The notes below the pieces were generated by a model. That model saw only the letters and a list, made by a program, of their open reading frames with translations, was not told the origin of the DNA and ran no database searches. From the NCBI RefSeq assembly GCF_000315625.1, contig NW_005434630.1, forward strand, positions 248,001 to 312,000: 64,000 nt of DNA. Direction: 5' to 3'. This stretch comes from Guillardia theta CCMP2712 (lineage: Eukaryota > Protista > Cryptophyta). Positions 55,486-64,000 of this stretch are shown here, in pieces; within the stretch, counting starts at the first letter, position 1; each line of letters opens with the position of its first letter. Position numbers and translations under genes: made by a program.

Positions 55486-58330
55486 ATGGCAATGAGCGCT
55501 CAGTTTGTCGCAGAGCCCCAGTGAGGAGAGGGAGAGAGGGAGGAGAGGGAGAGAGGAGAGAGAGGAGAGGGAGAGAGGAGAGGAAGGAGAGGGAGAGAGG
55601 AGAGGGAGAGAGGAGAGAGAGAAGAGGAGAGGAGAGGGAGGAGAGGGAGAGAGAGCTGGCAGGAATATGTCGAGAATTCCCTTTGAAATCGCGGCGGAGC
55701 AGGGTATCCAGACCTCGGTAACTGCAATGGAACTCGAAGAGTTTGACTGACCTGCTTTCCCAAGTATTCCAAAGATGGCTGCGTGGCCTTCAAAAGAACT
55801 TCGAAAGCCAGCGAGGGGACACTGGAGATTGAAGGTGCCAGCATGCACTGCCCATGGTGGGCTGGCAGCTAACGAGGCGCAGCGGGAGAAGCTTTGCTTC
55901 GTGTCATGGAGCAGCTTCAATTGTGAGTGTCGGACCTTCCGACGGATTGCAAGGGCTGAAAGAGTTTCTCGTGTAGCTCCTCCTCTCTTCGCCAGAAAGA
56001 ATCATCAGAAATAGATCTCAATGAAGAGGTAGGTCTTAGACCTCCGGGCTCCTGAAGCCTCCTCTTGCATCCCCTCTGCCTTTGACTGGTGAACGTCATG
56101 CAGGCTGACTCGTTCGAACGGGATGACTTCCGAACTGGTTGAAAGTGGTGGGGGGGTTGAGGTAGAAACGCTGATGGCGATCAGGTCCAAGTAAGAGCGG
56201 CACAGTGGGAGAGGAGACAACGTTTATCGGGGTGAACAAGGTTCGAGAGCTCCCGTGAAAGATCGGGGTTGATTTGATCCCCAGGCCATCGAGAATCGGG
56301 AGACCATTAATCTCATGCTCATGAAATGTTGTTTGAAAGCCCTTCGAAGCCAAATGGTGACACTGTCATCTTCACCAGGGGTTGAGAGACCGCGGACGGT
56401 CCTCATTGTTGAAAAGAGCGATGGTGATGAGAAACTCATTCTCAGAGCATGTTAAATGTCTGTGATATTGTGGAGCAGCTTGGAGAACTGTAGACGGGGA
56501 GAACGTGAAGCGGCTTGATCATGTAGTCTGCACAAGGAAGTGATTTGTACTCACTGAAATTTGGTAACCTCAGAAATGTGTACTTGCTTTGGAAAGGATT
56601 TGCAGACACTGCTCTGAGCAGCTCCGGTTGTCTATCTTTGTGGAGGTGCCGAAGCCCACTCTTCTCCGTGTCCTCTAAGATCTTCACTCAGGGTCGCATA
56701 AAGCGAGAACTGCCTCACTTGTCCTACTTGATGGCCTGCGACGAAGACTTTGATGAAGAAGATGTAAGTCAGCTGTGTTCCTTTGTTTCGGGGTGAATAC
56801 CTCCTTTGGCATTACTTGCAAAGAGCACATCTGACCAATCTGCAGGTGGACAATGATGATGGAATGGCCAAATTGAACGTTGAGAAGAAGCAAGAAGAGC
56901 AGCGAAAGAAGATGCAGAAGAGGCTATCTCGAGTTGACTTTTGCATTGCTGTCGGTACTCGATCGGAGAACTCAAGTGCAATGAACTCATGACCCTTGCT
57001 CCAAGGAAACGATGGGTCTGTGATCGCTACTTCCGCACTGTTTGACGGCCCGGTAATCAACAAAAGCTCTCCAGACCCTGTGCATGGGTCGCTCATGTTA
57101 TGTTGACCTCTCTCGCCTCGTCAGGTTCCTCCGGTCCTCCCGCTGTGGCTCGATGCTCAGGTAGGAAGCAAAATTGTGAAGGTGAAGCTAGGTTGACTGG
57201 ACGATCTGCAAACGCAGGGGATGATCACGAGAACTCCTCATTCAGAGGCCATCGAAGTCTTGGATAAGATCTTGACTGTATTGGAGTATAAGAGTATCGT
57301 CGTACATTGATTCCAAAGGCAGGGTGACAACCTTCATCTCGGCCTGAGAGTCAGGCTCAAGTGTACGATGTACATAGCAGCTCGAAAACAAGTGAGGACT
57401 TGGGCCTCGCAGGATGGAACTGATTGTTGAACAGGAGTTCATCTACTATGCACTCAACGACATGGTCTTGGACAGGTCATCCTGTCCTTGTTCTGGCGGA
57501 TGCCTGACCGTGACAACGTCAGGGGCCCCTCTCCGTTCTTGACTAGCGTAGAATGCTATTGCAACGGCAAGCTCATTACTCTCGTCCAGGTGAGCCCGCT
57601 TCATGTTGACGTCCTCCCTGAAGTGAGCCGAAAAGGGGGATGGTCTCATCATAGCGACTCCAACTGGCTCCACTGCCTACAATCAGGTACTGTGGTTGAC
57701 TATGACTTCACCGTCATCTTACCAGCTGCTGCGACTGCAGGCCGCTGGTGGCGCCATGGTGCATCCTGGAGTTCCCTGCATCCTCTTCACGGTCATTTGA
57801 CCCCCCTCCTTCAAACGCTCAAGCACGTTCGCAGCCTTTGAATCCTCATTCGTTGTCGTTCCGTCCGATCATCTTGCCCAGCAACAGCGTCCTCAAGCTG
57901 CAGGTCCAGTGCCCTGCAGACTCAAGTGAGCGATGCCTCTGACTCTGCTGCAGCTCACGGCTGTCGCTCGCGCTCCTGCTTGGGTATCATTCGATGGCCG
58001 ACAGCGGCAACCATTGAACCAGGCAACTCACTTCTTGTGTGCAACGATGCTGTTTTATAACAAGGCAATGGTTCTTTCAGGGTGACCGGTTGATCGTTGA
58101 AGCTGCGCACTGGCCGGTACCGATCCTCTGTCATGGAGGATCCACCGAAGTAGGGGATGAAATTTGCTGTACATGGTAGTGACTATGTTCCTCATAGTCC
58201 TGGATTGAGGGATGCAACGCTTTCTTGAGCAGAATGGTACATGCTGACTGCAAACAAGCGACGTTGCTGAGAGCCTTGTGTGCAGGTCACGGACTACGTT
58301 GCTCGCTTTAGGTTGAGGCCGTTGCTCTGA
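55486..58330 (+). CDS. NADK: NAD kinase
   Basis: VDFCIAVGNDGSVI, GPVPPV, ALNDMVLDRGPSPFL, GDGLIIATPTGSTAY, AAGGAMVHP, PHSLSFRPIILP, AWVSFDGR. Confidence 0.9.
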
Positions 58331-58621
58331 TCATCTTAGAGATAACTAGTTAGCTAGTAAATGGCTCGGAGCCTTCGAACTTCGCCGCGTGACTCTCCGA
58401 GCGGCTCAGCGGGTCACCGGGCCGGGTCAGTCGCGTCGCCTGGTCACTGAAACTCCATGTGCCAGTGATCCGGCGATAGCAGTCCGATGTCACTCGGAGC
58501 GCCCGGCGGCCCCGGGCCCAAGCTCGTGGCTGTCACAGTGTGGGCCAAGGTCTGATCCGCCGCCGGGTTCACGGATACTCACGGATACTCACGGATAGAT
58601 TACTGTCGTACTTCACGTGCC

Positions 58622-59566
58622 ATGGCGAAAGAACAAGGAAGGATGATGAGCCCTAAGAAGACGATAGAGAAGAACAGGGGGAACAAGAGATTCGGAAAGC
58701 TCGTCTCAGAAGCAGACAAAGTGCAGAAGGGACACTACATACCATGGGCAAGGTCTCAGAAGCCTGGATCTGTGAAGGAGATCGTGTTCAATCCTCAGAG
58801 TCGCAAGTAGGAAGCTTTCTCGTCTGGTGGGAGCTTCCCTGACTGTTCCTCTTTGTCCTGCAGGACTTTTGTTACTGGATTTCGCAAGAGAAAGGAGCAA
58901 AGGCGAGAGACAGCGAAAAAATCGATAGTTGACAAAGAAAAGGCCGCGAAAAGGTATATCAAATCTTTTTCTTGCTTGCATGTGATTGTAATTTAGGAAG
59001 GAGAAGAGAGAGAAAATGCGCGATATGCTCGATGCATATGAAAGACGCTCAAATGAAATGAAAAACATGATGAACGGGGGTACTGTTTCAGTCTGACATT
59101 TGTCGTATGTGTTTTGTGATTTTGCCTTTGTTTTTCCTCAGGGGATAATGATAGTGACGATATCGACGATAGTGAATCTGAGTCTGATAGAGAGGAGGAG
59201 GTAAGGGCAGAAAACAATCACTATGAGTTTGGTTTTGGTGGAAAGGCAAACGCAATCACGGTGGAGGTAATTTGCTAGTATTTGAAACATGATGGGGTAA
59301 ACTTTGGTGGTAAGGTGAAGGAGATGGATTTGGAGCAGCTGCATAGCGAGTCTGTGGCAACTTCGAGTCTTCCTGCATTGCCCATGCAAGACAACAAACC
59401 AATCTCAAAGAAGAAGAAGCAGGAAGGAAAAGGGCGGAAGAGGTGAGTGTCTTTTATTTCTTGTAACATTTCTCGACGATGGATTTGATCATTTCGGTGC
59501 AGGCATCTCAAAAAGGAGAAGCTGCCGAAAACAAAGCGAGACAAGAGAAAGGGGAAGAAACATTAA
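58622..59566 (+). CDS. NOL12: Nucleolar protein 12 / Rrp17 (Nop25 family)
   Basis: EIVFNPQSRK/DFVTGFRKRKEQRR matches the Nop25 core; acidic middle and Lys-rich tail. Confidence 0.8.
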
Positions 59567-60370
59567 TGGCTTTTGTAGGCCAAATTCACACAGTTTACAG
59601 CACGTTTCTGAAATTGTTTTATAACCAAATTTCCCTTTGAATAAAGTTCAACATGATTGGGGACAATTCGTCTCATGCTGACTTATTGCAGACTTTTTCT
59701 GACTGCTCAACAAGTTATCTTTTTGTTGACAATCAAATCGAGATTTTGAAAGACTTTCCTCCAGTCACCGAAGCATTTGGTGTGTTTTGTGGTGCTGAAA
59801 GAATTGAGCACAATGGCATTTGTATTGACAACTACGAGACCAAATGCTTATTTTCAAATGACTTTTACCTGAGAAACTTAATCATACCCATCTTGTCAAA
59901 CCAAGATATGTTGACCAGCAAGCAAGACATGAGACGGCTCAGCTGCCTGTGATCGCAAACCTTGGGATGCAATCCTTGTCTTCTTGGATGCAGCCGTATG
60001 CCTCGTCAAGATGTAATGTGCTTTCATACGATCACCATTCGGAGACCGTCTCATTCTCCTTCTCTTCGGAGTCTTCATTATGACATGATCCTTGTGTGAG
60101 GTTTTCACCTGATTGTTTTCTTGGTGTTGACATGTTGCTACCAGACTCTATTGGCCAGGCTTCTTGTGGTACCCCAACCCCTCCCCCTCACCACTGCATG
60201 CCATTTCCCAAACCGGTAGTGTTGGCCTGAACCTTCTTTCACCCCTCCCTTGAACCTATAATCAGCATTAAAGTATGGGGTGGGTGAAGGTGAGCGGGTG
60301 AAACCAGGGGTCCAATGGAGGGGTAAGGGTGATAGGGGAAGGGTTTGTCGATCGCGAAGAGACACCCATC

Positions 60371-61506
60371 ATGCAGAGGGAGCGGGCTGGGATGGGAGGG
60401 GTGGTGGCGGCGATGGCCTGCGGATTGATAGTGGGGGTCTTGATTGTAACCATGCGGCCAATGGATAGAGCAGAACTCCTGAATGGCATCGACAGTGAGG
60501 CTGCGCAGGTGCGTTCATGGTTGCCAGGTTTGAAAGAGGCGTGAAATTTTATGCATGGCAGCAACTTCCAAGCCTGGGATCGATGAATGATGCTGGCACA
60601 AGCTCTTCTCCCGGTCAGTTCAGCTCAGTGTCACTTGAAGGCGCTGGTGAGCTTCTTGTTACTTCGTTCGCAACGCGCTCACTCGTCCTGTCCAATCCAG
60701 TGAACAAGATGTTGAAGAAAGTGAAGAGCATTCGACATGACTTCTACAACATCGAAGCGGACTTCAAGACGCATGCTCATAGAAAAGTGAACATTGCTCT
60801 CATGCCGCGAGGAGACAGGGGACCGACTGGCCCTCCTGGCAAGATGGGAAATAAAGGGCCCACAGGCCCTGTAGGACTCCCTGGATATCCAGGGCCGAGA
60901 GGATACCCTGGCAAGGATGGGATCCAAGGCCCGAGAGGAAGGCGAGTAACAAAGAGTTTCGCTGCTATCTTGCTCATCAACAAAGCAGGACAGGGGCAAA
61001 GGGCAATCGAGGTGACGTGGGACAGGCTGGACCCCCCGGACTTGAGGGTCCCCCGGGTCCTGAAGGCGAAAGAGGACAGGTTCATTCAAACATGCTGCAT
61101 GCTCCGATCGATTTGCCTCTGATCTCTCGATTCCCCGCAGCCTGGACGTCCTGGGTCACGAGGACCGCCAGGGAGACCAGGAGCTCCTGGAAGGAACGGA
61201 ATCAACGGTCAGCCTGGACCACCAGGATTCGACGGACTCCCGGGACCTCCTGGTCCTCAAGGAGAGATGGTGAGAAGCTCCTGCAGTCTTGGCCTTGTTG
61301 CCTTGTCACTGTCCTTGATAGGGACCGCCGGGGCCGCAAGGTGCTCGAGGACCACGTGGACCGACAGGAGTCGGGGTAAGTCGAGAGGGGCAAAGTTTCC
61401 CTAGGATAAGCCTCGTGTGTAATCACAGGGCGATCGCGGTCCAACCGGAATGAAAGGAGGCACCGGACCTCCGGGCAGCCCAGGACCCCCGGGGTTCAAT
61501 GCATGA
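60371..61506 (+). CDS. Membrane-anchored collagen-like protein
   Basis: Signal-anchor [16 protein letters not shown]; Gly-X-Y runs across four exons ([13 protein letters not shown]..., [36 protein letters not shown]...). Confidence 0.8.
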
Positions 61507-61599
61507 TGAGAGGACGAGCGCAGAACTTTGCGGAATAAGCAGAATACACGATAGAGAAGAAATTTGCTCTTCTCAAGAATTCAAAGTTCATTCCTCTTC

Positions 61600-63133
61600 C
61601 TTGTCACTCTCGTCCCCGTATGAGAACAACAGATCTAGCCCCGCGGGTTCTTTCTCAGCCTTGTCGTCTGGATTTAGCGATGAAGCTCCGACGTGACCGG
61701 ATCCTCCGTCTTGGCCCTCGGAAGTTTGAGCAAGAACTGCACCCTCAGGAAGCTGGAAACAAAGAAAACAATCAGTTCTGACAGATCAAATAACCGACCA
61801 TAATAACCTGCCAGCTTGTTTGCTGGGTGACTGAGTTGTGATAGTAAGGGATTCCGTCCGGAGTGATGTATGTAATCCATTCGCCTTCACCTCCAACGCT
61901 GCTGTTTCCCTGAGCAAACTGCTGATTCGTGTCTGGATACTCGTCGATACAAGTGTTCTTGGATGCACCGACGCTACTCAGAGCACCGTAAGGACGCTTG
62001 ATAGGGAGATTGTAGTTGCTCGGGTAGTTGTAGGGCGCGTCGGAAAGGCAGACGCCCTTGTCCTGCCAACACTCTAAGTACTTGAAGTTTGAGCTCGCTG
62101 ACTGGACCATGAGATGCTCCGCAGCCTGTCTCTGGACACGGTCCATCTCCGCTCGTCTTGCTCCTGGGTTCGGATCCTCTGTGGCCCATCGTAAGTTGCA
62201 TGCTGGATCTCCAGGGAATATGGATTGAAACGCCATGGCTTCCTTCGCGAACTCCGCCGCTGCTCTCAGCCTGAAGTCCTTCATCACGAGGAGGAGCATA
62301 CGGGTCCCTTCACCTGTACTTGACAAAAGCGCAATTCCGCCCTGCCAGGACTCTCACGCTCTCGATCTGACCAAACTCTGAGAATTGGGCGTGGACGATT
62401 TTCTCCGCATCCTCTCTGTTCGTGTTGACACGTCCAACGTAGAGCGTTCTATTCTCCCCTGTGCAAAGTCAGGAGCCAAGGATAGGGCGTCGTAAAGTAC
62501 TTGAAAACGACCCAACGCCCCCCATGTCCTCCCTTGAACTTGCGAACCTGTCCCTCCCAAACACGTCCATAGCGGCTCCCAACATGTCCTCATCCTCCTT
62601 GTTGGGGATCCTGTGCCAGTAATCACAATTCGGACCTTTGTCGCACCTGACAGTCAGGAGTAGGACGTTAGAGGAGGATACGCATTGCAGGGATCACATG
62701 TCAACCTCCCCTGGGCGAAGAACACGCATATCGGATCTCCCTTCCCTGCACGGGTATATCCACTGTCCTTCGCAGGATGACACCGGGTCTCTGCTATCTT
62801 GGCTTGCTTCTCATCTTTTCTAGTTGAGCATCCTTTCCACAGATTGTGGACGGCCTTGTCCCGGTTGTCGTCGGCTGGTCGAGCCCTTTGGACCCTTGCA
62901 GGATTCTTCATCATCCTCTTCTTTCCTCCCTTCCCAATCTCTGCCTCTCCTTCCTCCCCACTGACTCCCGTCACTCCTTCCTCCCTTCCCACTCTCTGTC
63001 TCTGCTTCCGCTCCTCGTCCTCGCTCGTTCCGCCCTTCACCGTCTCGTCCCTCCCTCCCCCGGCTCCTATTTATCGCCCCTTGACCACCATTGCGACGGT
63101 ATAGTTGAGTAAAATAGTCCACCACATTCCATG
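61600..63133 (-). CDS. WW-domain-containing hypothetical protein (boundaries uncertain)
   Basis: EGEWITYITPDGIPYYHNSVTQQTSWQ at ~61809-61890. Confidence 0.6.
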
Positions 63134-63395
63134 GCGGCCGGCTCAAGGCAACAGCGGTATAGCATGGCTTTCTACCTTTCCTGGACCTCCTTCCTGCTGT
63201 TACCTCTCCTGCTCTCTTTCAGCCTCGTCCTCGTCTCCCTTCTCCTTCTTCCTCCCTCTCGCAAGTTGCTCTTGCCTTCCTCGTCCTGACGACAAGGCCC
63301 AGGGCCCCGACTTCGTGGTTAGCCCCACTTTGCGCCATGGCAGGTCGTTTGCATGTTCTGTAGTGCCACATGTCCGCTTGCTCGTGTCACGTATC

Positions 63396-64000
63396 ATGAT
63401 CAGCTGGTTGCTTCGAATGTTCTTCTTGCTCATCGCGACCTTTGCAGCCCTCCTGCATCTCGAAACTGTATCCTGCTTCCTCGCGCCATCGCTGCCGGCT
63501 CGGCTTCAGAGGCATCTCTCCTTCACGCTCTCCCTCGCTACCTGACACCTCTTCTCAGCTGTGCTCCTGCACGCCTTCAGGCTCACATGGGATTGTCCCG
63601 AAGGAGGGAGACGTGCTTGACCGTTAGGATGCAGCTCGATGACGATGACTTCGAGCAAGACGAGGTGGGGAGGAGGCAGACTCTCCTGCTTCAGGGAGGA
63701 GGCTGACATGCTCTCGTTCGTGCTTCTCTCAGGGATCTGCTCCGATGAACAGAGAGCAGAGGCGGCAGATGGTGATCCCTCCCTCCCTCTCCTGCCAGCG
63801 TCTTAACGTTACCATGCAAGAAAAAGTTGGGCAAGAAGGGGAAACCCACGAAGATGGCGAGGGAGGAGATGATGGATGCGGTGGGCCCTGACTAGCGAGA
63901 GATTGTGATGACTCCGTTGCTGCCAGGCATCTGCACAGATCGCTTCCTCCCCGGCATCCACGGACACTGAAGAAGCTCCTTCCCGAGGGTGAGGACAAGG
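63396..64000 (+). CDS. 5' part of a probable plastid-targeted protein (bipartite leader), runs off the window
   Basis: Hydrophobic signal MFFLLIATFAALLHLETVSC followed by FLAPSLPARL (Phe at +1, ASA-FAP-like), then ...LTVRMQLDDDD. Confidence 0.5.

Noticed and set aside
59653-60133. Possible small gene between NOL12 and the collagen-like gene
   Set aside because: An ATG and plausible splice sites exist on the minus strand, but no coherent or recognisable product could be built.

Overview
This is gene-dense eukaryotic nuclear DNA with many short (~40-55 nt) GT-AG introns and purine- or pyrimidine-pure microsatellite introns. Intron style and bipartite targeting leaders suggest a cryptophyte alga of the Guillardia/Hanusia type (inference). 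Genes recognised by manual splicing: a NASP/SHNi-TPR histone chaperone with a signal-peptide leader, two tail-to-tail near-identical APC7 copies, selenoprotein W (in-frame UGA plus SECIS), CHTOP/FOP-like, deoxynucleoside kinase, TenA-HAD fusion TH2, SK-like K+ channel, CCR/DFR-like reductase, BAP31, an ankyrin protein, TMF1 golgin, an intronless 4-helix-bundle/kinase/ARM protein, a PDZ protein, a CEHG zinc-repeat protein, NAD kinase, NOL12/RRP17, a collagen-like protein and a WW protein. A 5'-truncated RLE-type non-LTR retrotransposon fragment is also present. The most striking signal is that four unrelated genes carry a signal peptide followed by a ubiquitin-C-terminus-like (L/V)RLRGG/LRGG motif. 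One of them is a nuclear histone chaperone, hinting at a deubiquitinase-cleaved targeting leader. All assignments come from motif recognition by eye; no searches were run, and gene boundaries are approximate where stated.
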